Shown: positions 7,367-16,294 of the stretch, piece after piece | Numbering within the stretch: position 1 is the first letter of the stretch | Layout of the letters: each line of letters begins with the position of its first letter | Assembly (NCBI GenBank): GCA_041640075.1 | Contig: JBEQAY010000013.1 | Location: forward strand, 1-24,274 | DNA length: 24,274 bases | Reading direction: 5' to 3' | DNA from: Candidatus Nanohaloarchaea archaeon | GTDB lineage: Archaea > Nanohalarchaeota > Nanosalinia > Nanosalinales > Nanosalinaceae | Position numbers and translations under genes: made by a program | Notes under the pieces: generated by a model | What the model was told of the DNA's origin: nothing | What the model saw: the letters and a program-made list of their open reading frames with translations, nothing else | The model's database searches: none

Positions 7367-8095
7367 TCATTCAACAACTCTCTTACCTGGATCCGCTTTT
7401 CTTTCACTCTCAGGGCCTGCATGGTTCTCTGCTTCTCTCAGAAAGTTCTTGATTATCTTGAGCGTTCTCTTGGCTCTGTGAAAGTTGGCCTCGTTGACCT
7501 CTCTCATGAGTCTCTTCTTTTTCTCGTCGGGCATGTCCTTCGTCCTGATCGCCTTCTTCTTTATTTCCGGGACGAGCTCCGGGTGGAACTGTACGCCGTA
7601 AACCGGTTTTTCACGGTGCTGGACTCCCTGATTTGCGATCTCTGTCTCTGCGATTGGTTCCAGCTCTTCAGGCATCTCGACAACTTTATCCTGATGCGTG
7701 TTGAATGGGTACTCTACAGTATCCAGGCCTCTGAATATTTCGCTTTCAGTGAACTCTACAGGCCTGTAACCGATCTCGTACTCGTCCATCTGGACTATCT
7801 CAGCTCCCATAGCCTTTGCGATCACCTGGTGGCCGAAGCAAAGTCCCAGTACCGGGACATCGTTGTCTATGTATTCTCTGGTCCTCTCCACCAGTGCGTC
7901 AATCCATTCCTCTTCCTCGTAGATTCCTGAGGTTGAGCCTGAAATAATCACTGCTTCAGGATCATCCGGGAACTCCTGCTTCATGGCCCTGTACTTCTTT
8001 ATATCATCGCCCAGTAACTCATTGAACCTGTCACTGTATGTTGGCCAGTCAAGGGTCGCATCGATAACAGCGACCTCACAAGCAGAATCAAACAC
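7367..8095 (-). CDS. Type 1 glutamine amidotransferase (GMP-synthase-like GATase domain)
   Basis: ISGS, GLCFGHQ and QFHPE triad motifs; GTG start at 8095 chosen just before EVAVID; stop abuts the Nudix stop (TGATCA). Confidence 0.9.
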   Translation of the reverse strand: MFDSACEVAVIDATLDWPTYSDRFNELLGDDIKKYRAMKQEFPDDPEAVIISGSTSGIYEEEEWIDALVERTREYIDNDVPVLGLCFGHQVIAKAMGAEIVQMDEYEIGYRPVEFTESEIFRGLDTVEYPFNTHQDKVVEMPEELEPIAETEIANQGVQHREKPVYGVQFHPELVPEIKKKAIRTKDMPDEKKKRLMREVNEANFHRAKRTLKIIKNFLREAENHAGPESERKADPGKRVVE

Positions 8096-8277
8096 AGGCC
8101 GACACCGGGGAGAAAACTTTGTAGGAGATTTTACATGTTTCAAGATTGGCAGCGGTAGAACTAGCTGTTCTCCGCCAGAACGCATCCACCCTGTTCTACA
8201 GGACCAGTGCTGTACTTCATAGGTATGATGGAATGAGACACGCAGATTTTAATAATATGACGGAAACAACAGGAGTT

Positions 8278-8874
8278 TCAGGAGTTTATCAGGGAAACCA
8301 GTGGTTCTGCAAAGCTCTGGAACATGAGAAAGTTGAAAACAAGATTGAACGCAGCGTACTGAATATACTTCGGCAACCTGCTTCTGGAAGTCAGGAAAGT
8401 CATTGTTGCAAAGAACATCTGTGAGATTACTGTAGTGTATATACCTATCTGGGCTACGTTGGTAACGTCCATAGTTGCGATTATGTATGCTGCGATGGTG
8501 TATGTAGGTATTACCCATGTAAGGTATATTCCAGGTGTGCTTCCGGAAAAAATCTGTAGAACTATGTATGTGAAGCCGAGTGCAGCAGCGATCTTCGGTG
8601 GAAATACTGTTGCCATTGTTACAGCGGAAAAAGTGGATAGTTCCAGGCCAAATCTTCCGAGTTCAAACCTGTTTACGATTATAGATAGTGCAGTGACGAG
8701 TACCATCAGTATAAACGCGATAAAGTATCTTCTGAGGAAGAGTGCAGGGACAGCAAGCAGTATCAAAGCTGTGATCTGCATTCTGCTTGGTTTAGGTGTT
8801 TTCTGATTGTATCTGGCTGCTTTATCTCTTATCTTTTCCGAAAGTTCAGCCATTTTTTCTCTGAAATCTACCAT
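8278..8874 (-). CDS. Polytopic membrane protein (about 6 TM), weakly ECF S-component-like
   Basis: Six hydrophobic segments after a basic N-terminus; the functional guess rests on size and topology only. Confidence 0.8.
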   Translation of the reverse strand: MVDFREKMAELSEKIRDKAARYNQKTPKPSRMQITALILLAVPALFLRRYFIAFILMVLVTALSIIVNRFELGRFGLELSTFSAVTMATVFPPKIAAALGFTYIVLQIFSGSTPGIYLTWVIPTYTIAAYIIATMDVTNVAQIGIYTTVISQMFFATMTFLTSRSRLPKYIQYAAFNLVFNFLMFQSFAEPLVSLINS

Positions 8875-8960
8875 GCCCTCAGTTTATGAGTTGTCAGGAA
8901 ATCTATTAGGTCTTGGGTTCTCCGCCAGCCTCACAACCTGGATTTTTACAGCGATCTAGG

Positions 8961-8968
8961 TATTTAAG
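8961..8968 (+). promoter_or_regulatory. TATA box of the 5S rRNA gene
   Basis: TATTTAAG about 24 nt upstream of the 5S 5' end. Confidence 0.6.
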
Positions 8969-8991
8969 ATTTACACCTTTATTACTACTTA

Positions 8992-9105
8992 CTGGCGGTC
9001 AAGGCGAGGAGGCAACACCCGTACCCATTCCGAACACGGAAGTTAAGCTTCTCAGCGATTCGACCGGTACTGCCGTTTACGGCGGAAAAGTCGAGACACT
9101 GCCAG
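8992..9105 (+). rRNA. rrf: 5S rRNA, stand-alone
   Basis: Archaeal-type ACACCCGTACCCATTCCGAACACGGAAGTTAAGC; helix I CTGGCGGT/ACTGCCAG; T-tract at 9110-9114; ends approximate. Confidence 0.95.
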
Positions 9106-9286
9106 ACCATTTTTACCTCTAATTTTCATCTCTCCTAGCTTGTTTTCAATTAACTCAGAAGTTTGTGAGACCTAATTGTTTTTGCCTCTAGAATGTAAAG
9201 GAAATTATTCCGGCTGGAGGTTTCGGTATCTTTGAAAAACTCTCTGTTCTAAACCTGGTTATACTGTTGTCCGGAGCTGATAGAGC

Positions 9287-10726
9287 ATGACATTGAAGCT
9301 ATACAATACTTTGACACGTGAGAAAGAAGAGTTCAAACCACTGGAAGAGGGTAAGGTAAAGTTCTACAGCTGTGGACAGACTATTTACGATGACCTGCAT
9401 ATTGGAAATGCGCGTGCTTACGCTGCATGGGATACTTTGACACGTTATCTTCGCTGGAAAGGTTTCAACGTGAGGCATGTACAGAACATTACTGATGTCG
9501 GGCACTTAACAGATGATGGTGACCAGGGCGAAGATAAAGTGGAGAAAAGAGCTAAAGAGTTAGGTTTAGAGCCTATGGAGCTTGTTGAGGATCAGATCGA
9601 GCGGTATTTTGAGGATACGAAAGCATTGAACGTTAAGCGCCAGGATATAGTGCCTCGGGCGACAGGTCATATTAATGAGATGATAGAGTACGTACAGCAG
9701 ATTTATGACAACGGTTATGCCTACGAGGTCGACGGTAACATCTACTTTGATGTGGAAAAGTTTGCCGAGGATTATCCGTACGGCGAGATGGCGAAAAAGG
9801 ATCTTGATCAGTTGAAAGAGGAGGCGAAAAGCCGTGTTGAGCCCGATGAGCGGAAGAAGAATCAGTACGACTTCGCTTTATGGTTAAATGCTGAAGGCTC
9901 AGGCCACCTGATGAAATGGACAGCGAAGTTCGAGATAGACGGAGAACTGGTCAAATCAGTAGGTTATCCTGGCTGGCATATCGAATGCTCCGTAATGAGC
10001 CAGCAGTACCTCGGCGACGAGTTTGATATACACGCCGGTGGAAAAGACCATATCTTCCCACACCACCCGAATGAACGTGCACAGGCGTTCGCAGCTTCAG
10101 GGGAAGGTCAGGCACGCTACTGGCTTCACAATGAATTTATCCAGGTAGAAGGAGAGAAAATGTCTAAATCCGAAGGCAACTTCTATACTGTCAGAGAGCT
10201 TCTTGAAGAAGGTTTCTCAGGGAGCGCCATCCGTCTTTATCTGGTTTCCTCGCATTACAGAACGGAAACTGATTTTTCACGTGAAGGACTGAAGAAGGCG
10301 GAGAAAGAGGTCAGGAAGGCCCGTCATGTGGTACAGAAGATTCGCGATAACCCTGGCGAAGAGTACCTGGACCTGGAAGCTCTGGAGGAAAAGTTTACAG
10401 AGTTCATGGACGACGATCTGAATACTGCTAAGGCGAAACAGGAGCTGTTAAAGTATGTGAACAGGGCTAACTCCGAACTTAAGCAGGAACGACTTCTTGA
10501 TGAAGAAGTGGCGGAGAAAATCGAGGAATTATTCCTGGTCCTGGGCGTGGAGCTTGATCCGGATACCACAAGTGAAGAAGAGGGGATGGCAGACCTGCTT
10601 ATGGAGCTTAGATCTGAGGCAAGAGACGACGCAGAGTATGAGACCGCAGACAGGATCCGTGATAAACTTCAGAAGCTGGGATTTGAGGTCGAGGATACTG
10701 ACGGAGAATCACACTGGTTGAAATGA
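9287..10726 (+). CDS. cysS: Cysteine--tRNA ligase
   Basis: LYNTLTR, CGQTIY...HIGNAR, DFALW, PGWHIECS, FPHHPNE, KMSKS, DDLNT, ADRIRD. Confidence 0.98.
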   Translation: MTLKLYNTLTREKEEFKPLEEGKVKFYSCGQTIYDDLHIGNARAYAAWDTLTRYLRWKGFNVRHVQNITDVGHLTDDGDQGEDKVEKRAKELGLEPMELVEDQIERYFEDTKALNVKRQDIVPRATGHINEMIEYVQQIYDNGYAYEVDGNIYFDVEKFAEDYPYGEMAKKDLDQLKEEAKSRVEPDERKKNQYDFALWLNAEGSGHLMKWTAKFEIDGELVKSVGYPGWHIECSVMSQQYLGDEFDIHAGGKDHIFPHHPNERAQAFAASGEGQARYWLHNEFIQVEGEKMSKSEGNFYTVRELLEEGFSGSAIRLYLVSSHYRTETDFSREGLKKAEKEVRKARHVVQKIRDNPGEEYLDLEALEEKFTEFMDDDLNTAKAKQELLKYVNRANSELKQERLLDEEVAEKIEELFLVLGVELDPDTTSEEEGMADLLMELRSEARDDAEYETADRIRDKLQKLGFEVEDTDGESHWLK

Positions 10727-11082
10727 AAATCTACATCGGCCACTCAACAGACCTTAAGTACGAGGAAAAACTCTACAGACCGCTCAGGAATAGTTCTTTA
10801 ACAGAAGAGCATGAACTAATCTTTCCACATGGTTCCACAGAGTTTTTCGATTCAAAGGAGTTTCTAAGGGAAGAATGTGATCTTTTCATGGCTGAAGTTT
10901 CACGTGCTTCGACAGGTCTCGGTATAGAACTTGGCTGGGCAGAACAGTTTGACGTACGTATCCTCTGCATCTGTAGGGAAAATTCTAATCCTTCAAGCTC
11001 GTTAAAAGCTGTTATAGACGATATAAACAGGTACAAAGACGAAGAAGATTTAGTTGAGACTCTGGAAACAGTTCTAAGTTAA
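10723..11082 (+). CDS. Nucleoside 2-deoxyribosyltransferase / Rcl(DNPH1)-like protein
   Basis: KIYIG N-terminus and CDLFMAEVSRASTGLGIELGWA motif; ATGA overlap with cysS. Confidence 0.8.
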   Translation: MKIYIGHSTDLKYEEKLYRPLRNSSLTEEHELIFPHGSTEFFDSKEFLREECDLFMAEVSRASTGLGIELGWAEQFDVRILCICRENSNPSSSLKAVIDDINRYKDEEDLVETLETVLS

Positions 11083-11093
11083 GAAATTGGGAA

Positions 11094-11115
11094 ACTTCTG
11101 TGTTTAAACAGAAGT
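11094..11115. terminator. Inverted repeat between convergent genes
   Basis: ACTTCTGT-GTTTAA-ACAGAAGT. Confidence 0.4.
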
Positions 11116-11181
11116 CTAACTCCAGAGAGTAAAATGAATAAAGAGTTTTAGGAGGATGTTTGAGTGAGAAAATACAGGTTT

Positions 11182-11316
11182 TTACTGGCCGTCTGGCTTA
11201 TGTGATTCACCTGATTCCTCGTTGAAAAGTTCCTGTGCTCTGTCATCTCCTATTCCAAGCATTTCCTTGGCTTTTTCCTTCTGCTTCTCGGCCTTGTTGC
11301 CCTTGTCTCCTTTCAT
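11182..11316 (-). CDS. Small 44-aa charged protein (not in the ORF track)
   Basis: MKGDKGNKAEKQKEKAKEMLGIGDDRAQELFNEESGESHKPDGQ; TTTAAATA TATA box about 20-28 nt upstream of the ATG. Confidence 0.7.
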   Translation of the reverse strand: MKGDKGNKAEKQKEKAKEMLGIGDDRAQELFNEESGESHKPDGQ

Positions 11317-11364
11317 GTTTCAACCTTGAACGGCATTATTTAAACTGGTTTCGGAAAACCTTGT

Positions 11365-12465
11365 TCAGTCCAGGATTTCAAGGAAGTTCTCTTTGAACTC
11401 ATCATAGTGTTCATCCGGAAGTGATGCACCTGCTGCCTTCCTGTGACCTCCTGCCTCTGCTCCTTCCTCAACAGCCTCTTCAGGTAATGCTTCCTGCAGG
11501 AGTTCACCAAGGTCCACGCGTCCTGACTGACAGCGAGCACTTATATTCACTATATCATCCCTCTGGACGACTAAGTGAATCCAGTCAGGAGTCTTGGTCG
11601 ACATGTTAGTCGCTATAGATGAAGTGATATGGAAGTCACTTTCGATCTCGAAGAAGATAACCATCTTATCTCTATCGATTTCTCGTTCGTCTTCGTAGTT
11701 CTCCATCAACCTGTTGAACTCGTCCTGCATCTCCAGATAAACTTCGTAGACCTGACGGTACTCTTCCTGCGCTTCAAGCTCCATGAGATCCTCTGACCTC
11801 ATCAAAGCCTGATAAGCCAGTTTTGAGAAGTGTTCAGAATCTCTGTAAGGCTTGATGTTCAGGACGGATGAGTATCGGCCGAATTCACAGTTTTTAGCGA
11901 GTTCTTCCTGTGTCAGTTCTTCAGGGAAGTATGTAGAGTATTTTTCATCAAGTCTTTCGAAAAGTTCAGGGCATGAATCTACTCCGAAGTCCTGTATAAC
12001 TCCTAGTCCTGCTATCCAGTCGAGATCCTCTTCTTCACCCATCTCAGATGCTATATCCAGGCAGATCTTGCTGCATGGAATGTAGACCTCTGCATCAGTT
12101 TTCCTCGGATTGACGAACGGTACATCGGGTTCGCGATCAAAGTTGTGGTGGTCAACTACAAGGACGTCTAGACCGTACTCTTCTTCCAGGTTTTCCAGTT
12201 CGTCTGCTTCCAGATTGAAGTCGAGGATCATCAGTTTATCTGTGTCCTCAAGTTTCTCGTGGTCGTCTTCTTCCAGGTGATAAGCTCTCCTGGAAGGTAT
12301 CTTGACTTCGTCAGCTGGTCGTCCTCTCAGTCTTTCAAGAACCTTGGATAGGATTGTTGAGCTTGAGATCCCGTCCATATCCCAGTGATGGATTATCAGA
12401 ACCTGTTCGTCTTCGTTGATTTGATTGATGTAATCTATTGCTGGTTGAAGTTTTTCTCTCTCCAT
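11365..12465 (-). CDS. DHH/DHHA1 phosphoesterase (RecJ/NrnA-like)
   Basis: HHWDMDG, ILD, VVDHH, GVIQD, SARC and GGHRKAAGA motifs; SD GAGGTG (alternative GTG start at 12477). Confidence 0.92.
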   Translation of the reverse strand: MEREKLQPAIDYINQINEDEQVLIIHHWDMDGISSSTILSKVLERLRGRPADEVKIPSRRAYHLEEDDHEKLEDTDKLMILDFNLEADELENLEEEYGLDVLVVDHHNFDREPDVPFVNPRKTDAEVYIPCSKICLDIASEMGEEEDLDWIAGLGVIQDFGVDSCPELFERLDEKYSTYFPEELTQEELAKNCEFGRYSSVLNIKPYRDSEHFSKLAYQALMRSEDLMELEAQEEYRQVYEVYLEMQDEFNRLMENYEDEREIDRDKMVIFFEIESDFHITSSIATNMSTKTPDWIHLVVQRDDIVNISARCQSGRVDLGELLQEALPEEAVEEGAEAGGHRKAAGASLPDEHYDEFKENFLEILD

Positions 12466-12513
12466 ATGTTTCTTCACACCTCAGAAGTCAAAAAGCCTTT
12501 TACTCCTGTGCCT

Positions 12514-15500
12514 CTACACAGGGTCAGAGAAACTGAACACTACTTCAGTCCCCTTAAATTCGGCTTTTCCGGTGTGCTTCTGTTTCTCATCAACGAACTC
12601 CTCAACTTTTACCCGGCCGAGAATCTTGTCACGATACTCTTCAACCAGTTCGGAGTCATCAACATACAGTTTTACCTTATCCTCAACTTCCAGGCCTTCT
12701 TCCTTCCTCTTGCTCTGTATAGCCCGGATCAACTCGTTGACAAGAGATTTCTCCTGGATCTCATCAGTCATCTCGGTATCCAGGTAGAGCTCACCTCTAG
12801 AAAAGCTCTTACCGGAGACTTCTTCTGAAGTGGAGCTCTTGATATCGACGTCTTCCTCCTCGATGACGTGTCCATCCAGCTCTATCTCTCCTGCGTCCTT
12901 GATCTGCTGGATCTGGTCGTGTTCAAGCTCTTCTATCAGTGAAGCAACTCTGTCAGCGTCTCCACCGAACTTAGGTCCAAGACTGGAGTAATCAGGTTCT
13001 GCAACATCGCTTGATGCCACATCTCCGTACTCCAGCTTCTCTATGTTCGCCATTTCCTTTATCAGGTCTTCAAGTTCGGAGAGCTCTTTCTGTAGCTCTT
13101 CGTCCGATGAGATAACCAGTCTTCTTGCAGGCCAGCGAAGATTGTACTGCTCCTCGTCACGCAGTTTCTGCGTCTTCTCCACTATCTCACGGGCCAGATC
13201 CATCCTTCCCTCAAGACCTGAGTCTATAAATTCTTCTTCAGCTTCCGGATACTCCTCCATGTGTACTGAAGGTTCATCGCCTTCAAGGTCCTGGTACACT
13301 TTCTCGGAAATGTAAGGGGCGAACGGAGCCAGCAACTTGTTAAGCTCACTTATAACTTCTCGAAGAGTCCATATAGCTGCTTCGTCACCGTCCTTGATAC
13401 GCTCCCTGACCTTCTTCAGGTACCACCGGGACACGTCCTCAAGGATGAAATCCTCGATCTCACGTGTGAACTCGTGGAAAACGCAGTCGTTCATCTTTTC
13501 GGCTGCTCCGTCCTTCAAACTGTTCAACTTGGAAAGAATCCACTCATCTTCAGGTTCAAGAGAACTTCTCTCAGGTCTCTCCACTTGTTCGCCATGAGTT
13601 TCCAGGAAGTTCTTCGTGTTCCAGAAAACACTGAACAACCTGTAAATCTCATTCTGAATCTCATCCTCATCGTAATTCGTCTGCTCCCACGGTGCAGCCA
13701 CTCTCAAGCTGTAATACCTTGGGAGGTCAGCGCCGAACCTCTCGATCTGATCCACAGGGTCAACAACGTTTCCAAGGCTCTTGGACATCTTCTCACCCTC
13801 CGCGTCAAGCACATAGCCCTGGAAAAGCACCTTTTCATAAGGAGCCTCGTCAAATCCAAGGATTCCTGTAAACATCAGAGAGTAGAACCATCCACGGATC
13901 TGATCCGAGGCCTCGGTAATGAAGTCCATCGGCCACATATCCTCGAACGGCTGCTCCTCGAAAGGATAATGCAGAGAAGCAAAAGGAGCAATTCCCGAAT
14001 CGAACCAGACATCGAAGATATCCGGAATCCTCTCGTATTCTCCTCCACAGTCACATCCCCATGTGATGTCATCGACTACGTGCTTGTGCGGATCAAAGTT
14101 TTCTGGTAGTTCTCCGACTTTTTCTTCAAGCTGGTCGAAGCTTCCGATTATCTCCTTTTCTCCACAGTCATCGCAGATCCAGATCGGGATCGGGATACCC
14201 CAGTAGTTCTGACGGGAGATACACCAGTCAGGAGACTCTGAGACAAAGTTGTGGAAACGTTTCTGCGCGGATTCTGGGATCCAGTCAACGTCTTCGTTCT
14301 CCTCAAGCATCCGGTTTTTGACTTCCTCGTTTTCGATGAACCATTGGTCAGCAGCCCGGTAAATCAGTTCCGTCTTGCATCTCCAGCAGTGAGGATACTC
14401 GTGAGTAAACTTCTCGCTGTAGAATAGCAGGCCTTTGTCCTCAAGCATCTCTGTGATTTCCGGATCGACGTCGAGGACGTTTTTACCTTCAATTTCTCCA
14501 GCTTCCTCAGTGTAGTTCCCTTCAGAGTCAAGTGGGGAGAAGACAGGCAGGCCTAGAGGCCTAGTCTCCTCGTAGTCCTCCGGTCCGTGGCCTGTCGCTG
14601 CGTGGACAAGGCCTGTACCGTCTTCAAGCGTTACAAGCTCCTCCGAGTTGTGTACTCTGTGAACTCCGTTCTCTTCATCCAATTCCTGCTGTCTCGGGAT
14701 ATCTTCAAGAAAAGGAGTTTCGTATTTCAGGCCTTTCAGGTCTGAACCAATCATGGTCCTTTCTATAGTATAATCATCTTCTTCGAGGCCTTTCTTGGCC
14801 ATTACTCGTTCCACGAGCTGTTCTGCGATTATAAGTTTTTCTGCTTCTGCTTCTACTACTGCGTACTGGTAGTCTGGATGTGTAAAGACCGCCATGTTGG
14901 ACGGGATGGTCCATGGAGTCGTTGTCCAGATTACAAGTTTTTCTTCCCTGTTTTCGAGCGGGAACTTTGCGAAGACTGCGATGTCTTCGATCTCCTGGTA
15001 TTCGTCTGTTACTTCATAACCGGAGAGTGATGTCTGGCATCTTGGACACCAGTGGATCGGCTTCCTGCCTTCGTAAAGCAGGTCTTGGTCATCAGTCTTT
15101 TCCAGTAGCCACCAGGCGGTCTCGATGTATTCTTTGTCGAACGTCATGTAAGGGTCTTCAAAGTCTTGCCAGATGGCAAGGTCCTCCATGACGGTCTGCC
15201 AGTCATCCTTGGCCGAGGTAGCCCGCTTCTTGCATTCTTCAATAAATTTTTTCGCTGAAATTGAATCGCCTATCTCGTTCTTGTCCTCTATACCGAGATG
15301 TTCTTCTGTTGCGAGTTCGTTCGGAAGGCCGTGAGTGTCGAATCCTGCCTGGTCGTGGACATCATAGCCCTGCATCTGCTTGAACCGAAGCATGACGTCT
15401 TTGATAACCTTTCCCTGCATGTGGCCGACGTGAGGGCTTCCGTTCAGGTAAGGCGGTCCGTCGATCAGGAAGAAAGGTTCTTTTCCTTCCGTTGATTCAC

Positions 15501-15579
15501 GTACTTTCTGTTTTATGTTGTTGTTTTGCCAGTAATCTGAAACTTGGTTTTCCAGGTTTTCTGGATTGTAGTCGCTCAT
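12514..15579 (-). CDS. ileS: Isoleucine--tRNA ligase (archaeal/type 2)
   Basis: DGPPYLNGSPHVGH, WTTTPWT, GTGLVH, HEYPHCWRC, DWCISRQNYWGIPIP, DQIRGWFYSL, KMSKS. Confidence 0.98.
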   Translation of the reverse strand: MSDYNPENLENQVSDYWQNNNIKQKVRESTEGKEPFFLIDGPPYLNGSPHVGHMQGKVIKDVMLRFKQMQGYDVHDQAGFDTHGLPNELATEEHLGIEDKNEIGDSISAKKFIEECKKRATSAKDDWQTVMEDLAIWQDFEDPYMTFDKEYIETAWWLLEKTDDQDLLYEGRKPIHWCPRCQTSLSGYEVTDEYQEIEDIAVFAKFPLENREEKLVIWTTTPWTIPSNMAVFTHPDYQYAVVEAEAEKLIIAEQLVERVMAKKGLEEDDYTIERTMIGSDLKGLKYETPFLEDIPRQQELDEENGVHRVHNSEELVTLEDGTGLVHAATGHGPEDYEETRPLGLPVFSPLDSEGNYTEEAGEIEGKNVLDVDPEITEMLEDKGLLFYSEKFTHEYPHCWRCKTELIYRAADQWFIENEEVKNRMLEENEDVDWIPESAQKRFHNFVSESPDWCISRQNYWGIPIPIWICDDCGEKEIIGSFDQLEEKVGELPENFDPHKHVVDDITWGCDCGGEYERIPDIFDVWFDSGIAPFASLHYPFEEQPFEDMWPMDFITEASDQIRGWFYSLMFTGILGFDEAPYEKVLFQGYVLDAEGEKMSKSLGNVVDPVDQIERFGADLPRYYSLRVAAPWEQTNYDEDEIQNEIYRLFSVFWNTKNFLETHGEQVERPERSSLEPEDEWILSKLNSLKDGAAEKMNDCVFHEFTREIEDFILEDVSRWYLKKVRERIKDGDEAAIWTLREVISELNKLLAPFAPYISEKVYQDLEGDEPSVHMEEYPEAEEEFIDSGLEGRMDLAREIVEKTQKLRDEEQYNLRWPARRLVISSDEELQKELSELEDLIKEMANIEKLEYGDVASSDVAEPDYSSLGPKFGGDADRVASLIEELEHDQIQQIKDAGEIELDGHVIEEEDVDIKSSTSEEVSGKSFSRGELYLDTEMTDEIQEKSLVNELIRAIQSKRKEEGLEVEDKVKLYVDDSELVEEYRDKILGRVKVEEFVDEKQKHTGKAEFKGTEVVFSFSDPV

Positions 15580-15615
15580 AGAAAAGGCTTCAAGTTCTGA
15601 AAGTTAAAAGGATTT

Positions 15616-15780
15616 TTAGTCTTCAAGTACGGAATAAACATTCTCTGATTCAAGGCCTAAGTCCTCAACATACTTGGCCGCCAATGCAGGAGCTGTCGCA
15701 GCAGCCGCAGCATAGAAACCTGGGTCCTCAGGTAACGAACTGTAAGTAGCCTCAACAACATCGTATATCTCCGATTCCAT
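15616..15780 (-). CDS. Small acidic protein with an Ala-rich core (54 aa)
   Basis: MESEIYDVV...FYAAAAATAPALAAKY...; AT-rich TATA-like tract at about 15802-15817. Confidence 0.55.
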   Translation of the reverse strand: MESEIYDVVEATYSSLPEDPGFYAAAAATAPALAAKYVEDLGLESENVYSVLED

Positions 15781-15829
15781 AGCCTGAACCTTCAACACGA
15801 ATTTTTTATTTATTAAAGGAGTAATTGCT

Positions 15830-16285
15830 CTAAAGTTTTCTCTTCATCTCGAAGGCCTCAAGCTCCTCGCCGCTGGTCTCATGCACTACTTCTTTAACCA
15901 CTTCAAAACCATTCTCACTGTAGAAATCTTTTGCAGTGACACTGGACTCGCATCTCAGTTCTTCTATACCTTTCCGGCGTGCGTCTTCAACTACTTTTTC
16001 CAGTAGCTTTGAGCCGATTCCTTGACGCAGAAAATCCGGGTGTACATAGATGCCTGTGATCCTTGCTTTACCAGGTATGTAATCTGCAAATCCAACGATT
16101 TTTCCTTCCTCTTCGGCAACCCATCTCTCTGTTGTATCCTTTTCGACGGAGTTCTCCTCGTCGAAAGTTGTCCAGGCCTCTATCTGATTGTCACTGTAAT
16201 CACGGGCGTTGACCTCTCTGATAGTCTTCAGGTGAAGTCTTCTCTTTTGCTCGGCATCTTCTTCAGAGTACTTCCTGACTTTCAA
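15830..16285 (-). CDS. GNAT family N-acetyltransferase
   Basis: IYVHPDFLRQGIGSKLL motif A, AKDFYSENGF; TTG start. Confidence 0.92.
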   Translation of the reverse strand: MKVRKYSEEDAEQKRRLHLKTIREVNARDYSDNQIEAWTTFDEENSVEKDTTERWVAEEEGKIVGFADYIPGKARITGIYVHPDFLRQGIGSKLLEKVVEDARRKGIEELRCESSVTAKDFYSENGFEVVKEVVHETSGEELEAFEMKRKL

Positions 16286-16294
16286 AACCTGTTC

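Noticed and set aside
8096..8185. N-terminal extension of the GATase ORF
   Set aside because: Non-acidic and not homologous to the family; GTG 8095 fits the domain start
8913..9122. 69-aa ORF
   Set aside because: Coincides with the 5S rRNA gene
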